Assembly (NCBI GenBank): GCA_963701095.1
Contig: OY969564.1
Coordinates: 2,144,001 to 2,208,000, forward strand
Length of the DNA: 64,000 nucleotides
DNA from: an uncultured Methanoregulaceae archaeon
Lineage (GTDB): Archaea; Halobacteriota; Methanomicrobia; Methanomicrobiales; Methanospirillaceae
Reading direction: 5' to 3'
Shown: piece after piece, positions 21,544 through 36,163 of the stretch
Position numbering within the stretch: position 1 is the stretch's first letter
How the letters are laid out: each line of letters opens with the position of its first letter
Position numbers and translations under genes: made by a program
Notes under the pieces: model-generated
The model's database searches: none
What the model was told of the DNA's origin: nothing
What the model saw: the letters and a program-made list of their open reading frames with translations, nothing else

Positions 21544-22845
21544 ATGGATTGGCTCATTATTCTGGTTGCCCTTGTGGCAACCTATGCCATCGTTGCATAT
21601 TATATTCATTCAAGAAAACTCTGGACTGAATATATTGTATTTTTTGGTCCAATTATGGCGATACGGAGCCAGCGTGTAGGATTATTCGATCGTCTCTCGC
21701 GGTTCCACCGGTTTCTCAAGGCCTACGGCTCATTTGGTGCGGTCGTTGTTATTCTGGTTTCCATAGCTATGGTCGGACTTCTTTTCTATTCGCTGTATCT
21801 GAATCTCCTAACTCATCCCGGTCCAACTGCGGTAAATGATTTCAGGAATATATTAGCTATTCCCGGGGTGAACCAGTTTATACCGTTTACTGTCGCGGTA
21901 TGGTTTGCGTTTGTTTTCACGCTTGTTATTCATGAGTTTGGCCATGCGTTCCTTGCCCGGGTAGAAAACCTCAAAGTCAGATTTATAGGTGTTCTTTGGT
22001 GTGTTATACCAATTGGGGCTTTTGTAGAACCCGATGAAGCGGAATTTGAGAAGTTACAGGGTTTGCCGAAGATCCGCATGCTGGGGGCAGGAATCACCAA
22101 CAATATCGTGGCAGGCATGGCATGTTTTCTCCTTCTTGTTCTGTTACTTGGTTTTGCAGTCCCTCTCCAGACTCCGTTGATCAACTCGGTTTACAAAGAC
22201 TATCCTGCCGATAGGGCAGGAATCGTGCCGGATTCGATAGTTGTCAGTATCAACGGTATTCCGGTAACTAATCAGTCAGACGTAGCAGAGATCCTAAACG
22301 CTACAAGACCGGGTGATCAAGTGACTCTTATTACCAAAGAAAATGGCGTCGCGTCTGCCCATATACTCACCCTGAGTTCGTGGCCTGAGAATATGAGTGC
22401 AAGAGAGAGCGGTTTTATGGGTGTGACGTATTATGATGCATCCGGGATAAAACAGATCTTTAATTCTTTTGCAAGCCCGCTCGGATTTTTTTTTATGCTC
22501 GCAATCCCCATCTGGATCATCCTAGACCCTATCGGATGGGGTCAGTTTCTGATACTAATAAATGATTCGTCAGCTTCTGCTGCCTGGAGTGTTCCTTTCC
22601 CCGGATTCTGGTTCGTGATCCAGATTCTTTTCTGGTGTGCCTGGTTCAATATTATGGTCGGTTTGTGTAATGCGCTTCCGATTGTGCCATTCGACGGAGG
22701 TTATATATTTAAAGAAGGGGTCGACAGGATACTCGACAGGCACGGATTTATAAAATATTCAGGCTATATTGTCGGAGCAGTCAGTTATATAATGATTATT
22801 GTGCTCATTTCTTTGTTTCTCTTACCAAGCCTGTTACATCAATAA
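21544..22845 (+). CDS. Site-2 protease (M50) with PDZ domain
   Basis: HEFGH, GAFVEP, NALP..PFDGG, central PDZ-like segment. Confidence 0.93.
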   Translation: MDWLIILVALVATYAIVAYYIHSRKLWTEYIVFFGPIMAIRSQRVGLFDRLSRFHRFLKAYGSFGAVVVILVSIAMVGLLFYSLYLNLLTHPGPTAVNDFRNILAIPGVNQFIPFTVAVWFAFVFTLVIHEFGHAFLARVENLKVRFIGVLWCVIPIGAFVEPDEAEFEKLQGLPKIRMLGAGITNNIVAGMACFLLLVLLLGFAVPLQTPLINSVYKDYPADRAGIVPDSIVVSINGIPVTNQSDVAEILNATRPGDQVTLITKENGVASAHILTLSSWPENMSARESGFMGVTYYDASGIKQIFNSFASPLGFFFMLAIPIWIILDPIGWGQFLILINDSSASAAWSVPFPGFWFVIQILFWCAWFNIMVGLCNALPIVPFDGGYIFKEGVDRILDRHGFIKYSGYIVGAVSYIMIIVLISLFLLPSLLHQ

Positions 22846-22897
22846 AAGGAAAGAAATATTCTTTGTTTCTCATTTATTGTTTATTTTCCTCGGCATC

Positions 22898-23941
22898 CTA
22901 ATCATGGATCCCCGCTACCATTTTTGCGCGTGCAAATTCATCGGGATCGATAGATCTGGACCGGAGTACTACTTCCTCAAGGGGAACAGGAACGATCTGG
23001 TTTCCCTGTAATCCTACCATGTATCCAAAATTTCCTGCCACGAGCTGTTTTACTGCTGCTATTCCCAGATGCGTAGCAAGAATTCGATCCTGTGCAGTCG
23101 GACTTCCTCCACGCTGAACGTGTCCAAGAACCGTCACCCTCGTTTCGATTCCCAACCTGTGTTCGAGTTCTTTTCCAAGAAAGTTCCCTATGCCGACGAA
23201 TTTTTCATGTCCGCATTCATCCCGGTCACATTCGGGAACAGTAGTGCCAGCAATGTCCTCGTGGCGTGTCCCTTCCGCAACAACAACAATCGAGAATTTT
23301 TTCCCGGCGCGGTACCGTGCATGAAGAGACTGGCAAATCTCTTCCATTGATACCTGAATCTCAGGAACAAGGATTTGATCAGCACCACCTGCCATCCCTG
23401 CTGCAAGAGCGATTCTCCCTGACCTGCGCCCCATTACTTCGAGAACCATGATCCGGTGATGTGATTCAGCGGTTGTATGGAGCCGGTCGATTGCCTCGGT
23501 TACAATGGAAACTGCAGTGTCAAACCCGATTGTTACATCAGTCCCGAAAACGTCGTTATCAATAGTTTTGGGTATCCCTACCAATGGGACGCCTCGGTTG
23601 GATACCTCTTTTGCTGCCCGAAGTGTGCCATCCCCGCCAATTACTACCAGTCCTTCGATGGCAAGTTTATCCAGTGTATGTTTTATTGTGGCGATATCAT
23701 CAGGGTTTTTCATCGGGTCTGTCCGGGAAGTCCCAAGAATTGTCCCTCCCCGGGAAATTATTCCGGATACTGAGTGATCTGTAAGCGGTATAGTATCGTT
23801 TCTGATGAGACCCTGCCACCCGTTTAGTATTCCGATAACCCGGAACTTTTTTGCGATCCCGCTACGCACAACTGCCCGGATCGCAGCATTGAGGCCCGGG
23901 CAATCCCCACCACCTGTCAGCACCCCGATTACTCCTGTCAT
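22898..23941 (-). CDS. pfkA: 6-phosphofructokinase, PfkA family
   Basis: TGGGDCPGLN, GGTILGTSR, GGDG, PKTIDND, EVMGR, LGHVQRGG. Confidence 0.93.
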   Translation of the reverse strand: MTGVIGVLTGGGDCPGLNAAIRAVVRSGIAKKFRVIGILNGWQGLIRNDTIPLTDHSVSGIISRGGTILGTSRTDPMKNPDDIATIKHTLDKLAIEGLVVIGGDGTLRAAKEVSNRGVPLVGIPKTIDNDVFGTDVTIGFDTAVSIVTEAIDRLHTTAESHHRIMVLEVMGRRSGRIALAAGMAGGADQILVPEIQVSMEEICQSLHARYRAGKKFSIVVVAEGTRHEDIAGTTVPECDRDECGHEKFVGIGNFLGKELEHRLGIETRVTVLGHVQRGGSPTAQDRILATHLGIAAVKQLVAGNFGYMVGLQGNQIVPVPLEEVVLRSRSIDPDEFARAKMVAGIHD

Positions 23942-24101
23942 AACAGCCCTCAGTTACTCTGGTATGTTCATATCGCAAGAAAAAGTAATGATATTTTGTA
24001 TAGATCCGCAAGTCTCAGTCACGAGCAACAATACCCATGAAAATCCGGGTTTGGATTTTCTGGTTTAGATATATGCTTCTGTTACCTTATGTGTGATGTT
24101 T

Positions 24102-24956
24102 TTAGTTACGAAGCAGGGCGATTTTGGACCCAATCGGGACTTTTGCTTCATCTGCCACTGGCTGGCATTTTGCTGCCATAAGGTACGCGACTGGAGGGAG
24201 ATCATTTCGCTCAAAGAGAGCTTCAAAATTAGCCATACCTTTTGCTATAATCAGGGTGCAACGGGAAATGGCATCTGAAAGAACAGGTGGTGCATTTTCA
24301 GGACAGAACCCTATCTCCCCCACCTCACAGTTTGTTGTAAGGCAGTCAACAATACGATCCAGACCGAGTCGGTGGGCGTCTTCAAGAGTTGCATCATTGA
24401 GGACCGGTCGGGCCTTCACTGCAACCGTAACGTGTGAACCTTGGGATTTCAGATATTGGATCAGGAGGCGATCAAAGACGATTTCGCCGCAATTGTCGCA
24501 TAGATAGACGACTCGTGCTGTCAGTGGAAAGACAGCGTCGGTGTCATCTATCACAAACCCTTTGCGGAATTCCTGTCGGAAAAATGCAGAAAAATTGCTT
24601 GTTACTGAATGTCCTTTGACACCATAATCAAAGGTATTCCCGATTACTGAGGCAAGAGCATAGTCCCTGAAACCTGAAAGTTCGTTGCGGACCTCCCTGC
24701 ATACTTTTACTGCCTCTGCGTTCCCCTGTTTCTTGAGATTCAGAAACGGATCGGGATTATCAAGCATTTCATAAGCGTGGCGGTGAATGCAGCTGGCAAT
24801 CTGGGGGTGACTTAGTGAACTATCCTTTAGGGAAAATAAGAGATTACGACACGAATCAATGGTTTGCTCTGTCAAGAGAGAATCCGCACCGACCATTCCG
24901 CATTCAAGCTGAACCCGGGAGATCAGGCATTCGATGCATGATTCCGTAATCTTCAC
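24102..24956 (-). CDS. DUF89/ARMT1-like damage-control phosphatase
   Basis: CxxC N-terminus, GNTFDYG, DNCGEIVFD, LNDAT, AKGMANFE, AKC motifs. Confidence 0.9.
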   Translation of the reverse strand: MKITESCIECLISRVQLECGMVGADSLLTEQTIDSCRNLLFSLKDSSLSHPQIASCIHRHAYEMLDNPDPFLNLKKQGNAEAVKVCREVRNELSGFRDYALASVIGNTFDYGVKGHSVTSNFSAFFRQEFRKGFVIDDTDAVFPLTARVVYLCDNCGEIVFDRLLIQYLKSQGSHVTVAVKARPVLNDATLEDAHRLGLDRIVDCLTTNCEVGEIGFCPENAPPVLSDAISRCTLIIAKGMANFEALFERNDLPPVAYLMAAKCQPVADEAKVPIGSKIALLRN

Positions 24957-24984
24957 AACAAAACACCACAAAACAACGATTTAA

Positions 24985-25058
24985 TGGGGCCATCGCGATT
25001 TGAACGCGAGTCAGAAGACCCCCAGTCTCCTAGGATGGCCAGGCTACCCTATGGCCCC
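24985..25058 (-). tRNA. tRNA-Pro(GGG), CCA not encoded
   Basis: Cloverleaf GGGGCCA...TGGCCCC-A; anticodon arm GGAGA-CTGGGGG-TCTTC; GTTCAAATC T loop. Confidence 0.95.
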
Positions 25059-25131
25059 GCTCTCATACTATTCGCATATATTCCATATGTATCTTGTTAT
25101 AGAAAAATACGGTAACAACCGGAGAGAAAGG

Positions 25132-25329
25132 TTAAAGACTGGTACGTTTAAATTCTTCGACCTTTTGGATTAAACTGTCAAGTTCGTGATCGGTGATTTT
25201 TATTTTTCCCTCTATTGAATTTATTTCAGTCAGGAGCTGACGGATGCGAACATACATGAGATACATGATAAACTGCTGAATTACAATCACTGCGCCAAAT
25301 AATACAACCATGTAACTTTCAAATGCCAT
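25132..25329 (-). CDS. Small single-TM coiled-coil protein
   Basis: 65 aa, N-terminal hydrophobic helix then heptad-like tail; purine-rich AGGGGA upstream. Confidence 0.7.
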   Translation of the reverse strand: MAFESYMVVLFGAVIVIQQFIMYLMYVRIRQLLTEINSIEGKIKITDHELDSLIQKVEEFKRTSL

Positions 25330-25781
25330 TTTTTTCCCCTTGATTTTCAGGCAGCCTGAATATTAGTAAGATTCGTATTCTTTCGCGTGCCTACTCCCGG
25401 CGATGGATTTGCGTCAAATGCCACTTCGTATTGTCCTCAATCTGTCAGGTACAGTGTTTGCAACCTTTGCCTATAACTGAATTTCTTTTTATTTTCTTTT
25501 AAATCTAATTATAAAGAATGGAAGGAAATATGCGCTTCATATCGAATGTATTTTATTGGATTTTTTAAGGTACCGTACAACCTTCGGGGCAAATTGAAAA
25601 CCTAGGATTTTAAATCTCGATCCCCTTTTATTATTTGGAAAAAGAAACAAATCCACCGGAATCTGCAAGGAAGGGAATACTTTCTTTGCAACGGGAGAAA
25701 TGCGCCCAAAATAAAAAAGATATGTATATATGGTGAAATCGGATATTATGAATTAGAACGAATAATTTACATTAAGGAGTT

Positions 25782-26147
25782 ATGGGCATGTTGAAAGATA
25801 AAATTGCGGCATTTATTGAAAAAATACGGGCAATTGATGGAGTAGCAGCATGCGCCATTGTATCACGTGATGGAATAATTGCCGGGAAATATTTTGACCG
25901 TGAACTTAATGAGCCATGGTTTGGCGCCCTGGCTGCAACCATCCTTGCCTCTGCAGAATCAGTCGGAAACATTATCGGAATGAAATCCCTTGCAACGGTT
26001 TCGATTCTTTCTGCGGATTCATCTATCCTTGTTGTGGGTGCCGGGGAACATTTCCTAATCGCTGCGCTCCTTAAAGGCGATGCTAAGAATGAAGAAATAT
26101 GTTCACGGATCAATGCATTAGCTACAGAATTAGGGAGGACAATGTAA
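25782..26147 (+). CDS. Roadblock/LC7 (MglB-like) protein
   Basis: IDGVAACAIVSRDG...GALAATILASAE pattern; AAGGAG RBS. Confidence 0.88.
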   Translation: MGMLKDKIAAFIEKIRAIDGVAACAIVSRDGIIAGKYFDRELNEPWFGALAATILASAESVGNIIGMKSLATVSILSADSSILVVGAGEHFLIAALLKGDAKNEEICSRINALATELGRTM

Positions 26148-26807
26148 ATGTTCACAATTCTCGTCGTGGATGACAGCCCCTTTATTGTTGATGTATTTGT
26201 TACCATGCTCGAACGGGGGGGTTACCGCACAGTAGCTGCACATGGGGGGGAAGAATGCCTGGAGATCTTAAAAACGGTTACACCGGATCTTATCCTTCTT
26301 GATATAATGATGGAGCCAATGGATGGATGGGAGACACTTGAAAAAATTAAGGAAAATCCGGCGACAAAAGATATCCCCGTTCTTATGCTTACGGCAAAGC
26401 AGCTAACCCCTACCGAAGCAGAGGAATATGGTATTTTTATCGAGGATTATGTTCTTAAACCTATCACCCACCGCGAGCTCTATGATGCGATCGAACATGT
26501 ACTTGGTCGCCGGCAGACCATTCGTACAGATATGGATAGGGCCAGGCAGTCAGGCATTGGATTTGATATTGTTAATGAATATGCACTCCTTTCAAAAAGC
26601 ATAGATGTCAATAAGCGCTTAATGAAGATCCTCGAAACTACCTATAATTTCAATGATTCAAAAGTCCGCATAAGTGACGACATCTCCCGGGCACTTAAAA
26701 ATATGGAGACCAATATAAAGTTCCAAGAGGCGCGTCTCCAGCAGATCAAAGGTGAGCTGAGCCGGGAAAGTTCAATAACGACTCACTTTTATGAACCACC
26801 TATATAA
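26148..26807 (+). CDS. Response regulator (REC + coiled-coil tail)
   Basis: VVDDS, LDIMMEPMDG, LTAK, LKP. Confidence 0.92.
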   Translation: MFTILVVDDSPFIVDVFVTMLERGGYRTVAAHGGEECLEILKTVTPDLILLDIMMEPMDGWETLEKIKENPATKDIPVLMLTAKQLTPTEAEEYGIFIEDYVLKPITHRELYDAIEHVLGRRQTIRTDMDRARQSGIGFDIVNEYALLSKSIDVNKRLMKILETTYNFNDSKVRISDDISRALKNMETNIKFQEARLQQIKGELSRESSITTHFYEPPI

Positions 26808-26912
26808 TAAACATTTGAATGGAAATTAACTATGTGTAAATAGGGGGCTGCTAACCCTGCAAACGCCAATAATATTATCTCTTGATTTAATGCTTAAGAA
26901 TGGAGGTCCTGC

Positions 26913-27557
26913 ATGGGTACGACAATCCTGATTGTTGATGACAGTTCTTTTATAGTCGATGGACTCACGGCCATCCTTTCACGAAAAGGGTATTCTCCTG
27001 TTTCTGCTGCCGGCGGTGATGAATGTCTTACTATTCTTAAAACAGTGATCCCCGATCTTATTCTGCTCGATATAATGATGGAACCCATAGATGGATGGGA
27101 GACGCTGGAAAAAATCCGAAAAAATCCGGTTACAAAAGATATCCCGGTACTCATGTTCTCTGCAAAGAAGATTACTCCGGAAGAAGCCAAAGAGCATAGC
27201 ATGAATATCGATGATTTTGTTTCAAAACCGGTAAACCCGTTGCAGCTTCTGGATTCGATTCAGCGGATTTTTTCCCGAAGGAATGAATTATCCCTGGAGC
27301 GGCAAGCTGCCCAGAATAAAGGTCTTGACTCGAAAATAATTGATGAATATGCTCTGCTCCGGAAAAATATTGAAGTAGACCGGAATCTTCTTGTCGTTTT
27401 ACGGGCTTCTAGTGGACTCGATATCGGACGCGAAGTGTCGTCTGAAGACGTAAATGCGATCAGGACCCTTGAAGATAAGATTCACCAGAGTGAACATCGG
27501 TTGCGGGAAATTAAAGAACTCTTAGGAAAAATACCAGATCCTTCAAAAGAAAGCTGA
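26913..27557 (+). CDS. Response regulator, paralog of 26148..26807
   Basis: IVDDS, LDIMMEPIDG, FSAK, SKP; shared EYALL.K.I.V tail. Confidence 0.92.
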   Translation: MGTTILIVDDSSFIVDGLTAILSRKGYSPVSAAGGDECLTILKTVIPDLILLDIMMEPIDGWETLEKIRKNPVTKDIPVLMFSAKKITPEEAKEHSMNIDDFVSKPVNPLQLLDSIQRIFSRRNELSLERQAAQNKGLDSKIIDEYALLRKNIEVDRNLLVVLRASSGLDIGREVSSEDVNAIRTLEDKIHQSEHRLREIKELLGKIPDPSKES

Positions 27558-27630
27558 AAACAAAACATGGTGCAATAACATTTATATATTTTTCTTGCAT
27601 TGTTATAATGCTGTACATCTTATTCCCAAG

Positions 27631-27704
27631 GGGTTCGTAGCTCAGTTCGGTAGAGCGCCTGGCTTTTAACCAGGTGGTCGGGGGTTCAAATCCCTCCGGG
27701 CCCG
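27631..27704 (+). tRNA. tRNA-Lys(UUU), CCA not encoded
   Basis: GGGTTCG...CGGGCCC-G acceptor; anticodon arm CCTGG-CTTTTAA-CCAGG; upstream TTTATATA box. Confidence 0.95.
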
Positions 27705-27781
27705 TTACCACGATCCAATCGTGGATTTTTTGCGGTGATGCATCTGAGAGGCAATCGTTTCATCTTAAAGGGGGTTTTTCA

Positions 27782-28033
27782 TTGAGCTCCAAACTGAATG
27801 TGTTGAGCCACATAATGGTGCCGGATCACCAGCTCATGAGCGAGGAAGAGGTTTCAGTACTTCTCTCCCGCTACCATATTACTACGGAACAATTACCAAA
27901 AATCTACCATGACGAACCTGCGGTGAAGGCAATCGACGCAAAAGTCGATGATGTGATAAAGATCATCCGAAAAAGTCATACTGCTGGCAGGGCCGAAGCG
28001 TACCGACTTGTTATCAGGAGACCCAAAAAATAA
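27782..28033 (+). CDS. rpoH: RNA polymerase subunit H (Rpo5)
   Basis: TTG start; H.MVPDH, QLPKI, KIIRKS.TAG..AYRLV. Confidence 0.95.
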   Translation: MSSKLNVLSHIMVPDHQLMSEEEVSVLLSRYHITTEQLPKIYHDEPAVKAIDAKVDDVIKIIRKSHTAGRAEAYRLVIRRPKK

Positions 28034-28051
28034 GGGCAGGGGGCGGTCTAT

Positions 28052-29611
28052 CTGATTGACAGAAGTGTTTTATCGAGGGCATACTTTGCACGGGAGCATG
28101 TTGCGCGCCACCAGCTTGACTCCTTTAACTATTTCCTGACTGAAAATCTTCAGAAAGTGGTAAATGAACAAAAGATCATCGAGACCGATATCGAGAACCG
28201 GGGCAGAAATAATGATCCGGTTTGGGTCGAACTCGGAAACATCGAAGTAAAAAAGCCGCTCGTGCGGGAAGCAGACGGATCGCAGGGTGAATTATATCCA
28301 TGCGAAGCCCGCCTGCGTAATCTTACCTATGCCGCGCCAATCCAGCTAGGACTGACACTGGTGCATGGCGAGGACCGGCAGGAACCCATTATCACAACAA
28401 TCGGACAGCTTCCGATCATGGTCGGCTCTGTTGCATGTAACCTATATGGCATGAGCGACGATGAACGCGTCTCCCATGGGGAGGATGCGTTTGACCCGGG
28501 AGCGTATTTCATTGTGAACGGTACTGAACGCGTGCTCATGACTCTTGAAGATCTTGCTTCCAACAAGATCATGACCGAGTTCACTGAACGGTATAATGAG
28601 CGGATCTACGTTGCAAAAGTGTTCTCGCAGTTCCGGGGATACCGCGCGCTTGTTGTTGTTGAACGGAATAAAAAGAACCTTCTGGAGGTTTCTTTCCCCT
28701 CGGTTGCCGGGCACCTTAAGTTCGTCGATCTGATGCGTGCTTTAGGTATGACCAACGACCAGGAAGTTGTCAATGCGGTTTCGACGGATGAAGATATCCT
28801 CACCTTCATGATGCAGAATCTCGAAGAAAGCGAATGTGATTCAGTTGATGGAGGAGTCATGTATGTGGGTAAAAAACTCGCACCTAACCAGACTAAAGAC
28901 TATCAGAAAAAACGCGCCGAGTTTGTCTTGGACAATTACCTGCTCCCGCATCTCAATTACGCACTTCCTGCCACTCTTAAGGAGGGCGACGAAGGATATG
29001 CCGAGGCAGTCGCGTCAGTGCGGCTTGCAAAAGCCCACTTCCTCGGTCGTATGGCCGAGGCTTGCTTCGACCTCGTCTTAAATAAACGCAGGATCGATGA
29101 TAAAGATCATTACTCCAATAAGAGACTCAAGCTGGCAGGAGACCTCATGGAAGATCTTTTCCGTATTTCGCTCAACCGTCTCACACGAGATATCAAGTAC
29201 CAGCTTGAAAGGGCGAGTATGCGGCACCGTGACCTGTCAATTGCAACGGCAGTAAGGGCAGATGTACTCACTGAACGGCTGCTCCATCCGCTTGCAACCG
29301 GTAACTGGGTTGGCGGAAGGACAGGTGTTTCCCAGCTCCTCGATCGCGTCGATCATATGGCGGTGCTCTCACACCTGCGCCGTGTTATCTCCCCCCTCTC
29401 TCGTTCCCAGCCCCATTTCGAAGCTCGTGATCTGCACCCGACCCAGTGGGGTAGGATTTGCCCAAGTGAGACCCCTGAAGGGCCGAATTGTGGTCTGGTG
29501 AAGAATTTCGCTCAAATGGTTGAGATAAGTAAAGGCGTCAGCGATGAAGAAGAGATCATGAGAATCCTGCACACGCTCGATGTTGAACGCATCAGGGGTG
29601 AAGCCCGATGA
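28052..29611 (+). CDS. rpoB2: RNA polymerase subunit B'' (Rpo2N), probable CTG start
   Basis: HQLDSFNYF lies upstream of the first GTG; EARLRNLTY, DHYSNKRL, CPSETPEG motifs. Confidence 0.95.
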   Translation: MIDRSVLSRAYFAREHVARHQLDSFNYFLTENLQKVVNEQKIIETDIENRGRNNDPVWVELGNIEVKKPLVREADGSQGELYPCEARLRNLTYAAPIQLGLTLVHGEDRQEPIITTIGQLPIMVGSVACNLYGMSDDERVSHGEDAFDPGAYFIVNGTERVLMTLEDLASNKIMTEFTERYNERIYVAKVFSQFRGYRALVVVERNKKNLLEVSFPSVAGHLKFVDLMRALGMTNDQEVVNAVSTDEDILTFMMQNLEESECDSVDGGVMYVGKKLAPNQTKDYQKKRAEFVLDNYLLPHLNYALPATLKEGDEGYAEAVASVRLAKAHFLGRMAEACFDLVLNKRRIDDKDHYSNKRLKLAGDLMEDLFRISLNRLTRDIKYQLERASMRHRDLSIATAVRADVLTERLLHPLATGNWVGGRTGVSQLLDRVDHMAVLSHLRRVISPLSRSQPHFEARDLHPTQWGRICPSETPEGPNCGLVKNFAQMVEISKGVSDEEEIMRILHTLDVERIRGEAR

Positions 29612-31422
29612 AGAAATCGCGCGTCTTTGTCGACGGTGCATTAATCGGCCTTGTCGATGACCCAAAAACCCTTGTGGAAAATATCCGTTCCATGCGTCGC
29701 CAGGGCGCCATCTCATCGGAGGTCAATGTCTCGTTTAAAGATTTCAACGGTGATGTTGTCCTTCTCACGGACCGCGGCCGGGCACGCCGGCCTCTCATTG
29801 TTCTGAAAGATGGGAAAACTCTGATTAATGATGAAGATCTTAAAAAACTTGCCAAGGGCGAGACAGATTTTTCTTCTTTTGTGCAGCGTGGGCTGATAGA
29901 GTTCGTGGATGCTGAGGAAGAAGAAGATCTCCTTATCGCAATGAATCCGGCAAATATCACCCCGGTGCATACACACCTGGAGATTGATCCTTCACTGATC
30001 CTCGGTATCGGTGCAGCGCATGTTCCATTCCCGGAGCATAACGCCAGTCCCCGTGTTACGATGGGTGCAGGAATGGTCAAGCAGGCGCTTGGTTTTGGTG
30101 CGGCAAATATGAAACTCCGTCCTGATACCAGGGGCCATCTCCTCCATTACGTCCAGAAGCCGCTTACACACACTCAGACCTCCGAACTGATCGGGTCTGA
30201 CGATCGTCCTGCCGGGCAGAACTTTGTCGTTGCCATTCTCTCGTATGAAGGGTACAACATTGAAGATGCCCTCATCTTTAACAAAGCCTCTATTGACCGG
30301 GGTCTTGGGCGATCTCATTTCTTCAGGACTTATGAAGGTGAAGAGCGCCGGTACCCGGCGGTCAGATCGACCGCATCGAAGTGCCTGACGAGGATGTCAG
30401 TGGGGCTCACGGTGCAGAGTCTTATAAAAACCTCGACGAAGATGGTGTAATCAACCCGGAGACCATCGTTGCTGAAAAAGATGTATTGATCGGGAAAACT
30501 TCACCACCACGGTTCCTTGAAGAACCCTCTGGTGAGCTTATTGCCGTGGAGAAGCGCCGCGACACTTCTGTTACTATGCGTAGTAACGAGCACGGTATTG
30601 TCGATACAGTCATTATCACAGAAGGTGAAAACAGACTCCCGTCTGGTTAAAGTCCGCACCCGCGACTTACGTGTTCCGGAAATAGGCGACAAATTTGCAT
30701 CCAGACACGGACAGAAGGGTGTCATAGGCCTTATTGCAAGCCAGGAGGACATGCCGTTCACCGAAGCCGGGCTCTCCCCCGACCTTGTCATAAACCCGCA
30801 TGCTATACCGAGCCGGATGACTATAGGGCATATGCTCGAGATGATTGGCGGCAAAGTTGGCGCGCTGGAAGGCAGACGTATTAACGGCACGGCATTCAGC
30901 GGTGAAAGCGAAGCAGATCTGCGCGCATCACTCAAGAACCTTGGGTATTCCCATACCGGTCGCGAAGTGATGTATGATGGTATCACAGGCAAATCCTTCA
31001 AGGCGGATATCTATATCGGCGTGATTTACTATCAGAAATTATACCACATGGTTTCCTCAAAGATGCATGCACGGTCACGTGGTCCTGTTCAGGTTCTCAC
31101 CCGCCAGCCGACAGAAGGTCGTGCCCGTGAAGGCGGTCTCCGGTTTGGTGAGATGGAGAGGGATGTCATGATCGGCCACGGAGCAGCAATGGCCCTTAAG
31201 GAAAGGCTGCTCGATGAGTCGGATAAGGTTCAGGAATATGTCTGCGCTCATTGTGGTATGGTAGCGATGCTTGATCGCAAGCGCAACATGACCCGTTGCC
31301 TTGCATGTGGCAACGAAACTGACATCTACCCCGTAGAGATGAGTTATGCCTTCAAGCTCCTGCTTGATGAAATGAAAAGTATGGGGATAGCGCCCCGGCT
31401 GAGATTAGAGGACGTCGTTTAG
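29608..31422 (+). CDS. rpoB1: RNA polymerase subunit B' (Rpo2C), two frameshifts near 30357 and 30633
   Basis: [38 protein letters not shown] spread over three frames. Confidence 0.95.
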
Positions 31423-31432
31423 GAGGTTCAAC

Positions 31433-35249
<3,817 letters not shown>

Positions 35250-35290
35250 AGACCAAACCAAAAATCAACCAACTTTCAGGAGAATTGTAG

Positions 35291-35584
35291 ATGGATTTTA
35301 ATGCTTCATTGAGAAGAGCAATAAAGACCGGAAATGTCATTCTCGGTCAGAACAACACGGAAAAATGCATAAAAGAGGGCAAAGCCCAGATGGTCGTCGT
35401 CGCGGCGAATTGCCCGGAGAACTTTAAAAACCAGCTTGGCGGGTATGAAAACCTCTTTATCCATACATTTGAGGGGTCCAGTGTAGCACTCGGTAAAGCA
35501 TGCGGTAAACCTTTCATGGTAAGCACGCTTGCTATTGTCAGTCCTGGCGAGTCAGATATTCTCTCTCTAAAGAGGACGGCATGA
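35291..35584 (+). CDS. rpl30e: 50S ribosomal protein L30e
   Basis: KTG.VILG, LGKACGKPF, PGESDIL. Confidence 0.96.
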   Translation: MDFNASLRRAIKTGNVILGQNNTEKCIKEGKAQMVVVAANCPENFKNQLGGYENLFIHTFEGSSVALGKACGKPFMVSTLAIVSPGESDILSLKRTA

Positions 35585-35585
35585 T

Positions 35586-36053
35586 ATGGTCGAAGTCAAA
35601 CTGACCGAAGACTGTATGCGCCTGATCTCCCAGTTTGAGTCGCTGACCGGTGCGGGAAGCCGTGACTGTGTCATCGATGAACGCAATGGAAGACTTATAT
35701 TTGTCGTCAACCCCGGCGATATGGGGCTTGCGATCGGCAAAAAAGGAGTATCTATTAAAAAGGCGTCCGAAGTGATGGGAAAAAAGATCGAGGTTGTAGA
35801 ATATAATAGCAACCCGGACCAGTTCTTAAAAAACTGTTTTTTGCCCGCACAGGTAACGAGTATTGTGTTTACCGGCGAAACCGGGGCACAAGCAGCCACG
35901 GTCGAAGTCCGTGATGAGGACCGGGGCATCGCAATTGGTAAAGATGGCAAAAATATTTTCAAAGCAAAGAAACTGGCCTTACGACAGCACAACATTGTAG
36001 ATGTGCAGATTCTCCAAAAACCTGACGGCATTGAAGCCGTAACTCCCCAGTAA
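35586..36053 (+). CDS. nusA: Archaeal NusA (two KH domains)
   Basis: GLAIGKKG and GIAIGKDGKN KH loops; follows L30e. Confidence 0.95.
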   Translation: MVEVKLTEDCMRLISQFESLTGAGSRDCVIDERNGRLIFVVNPGDMGLAIGKKGVSIKKASEVMGKKIEVVEYNSNPDQFLKNCFLPAQVTSIVFTGETGAQAATVEVRDEDRGIAIGKDGKNIFKAKKLALRQHNIVDVQILQKPDGIEAVTPQ

Positions 36054-36163
36054 CACTCTTTTTTCGGTTAGCCTATAGTTTTTCTCCCACCTATGTTTTA
36101 TCATCAGCAAGTGGTGCTGACATATCTGACTTTTTTCCTGTATGTGAGAAAACAAAAAGATAA

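Noticed and set aside
25346..25423. 25-codon minus-strand GTG ORF upstream of the small TM gene
   Set aside because: Too short, with no recognisable motif.
24985..27704. tRNA-bounded genomic island
   Set aside because: No integrase, no duplicated tRNA 3' end and no obvious compositional shift.
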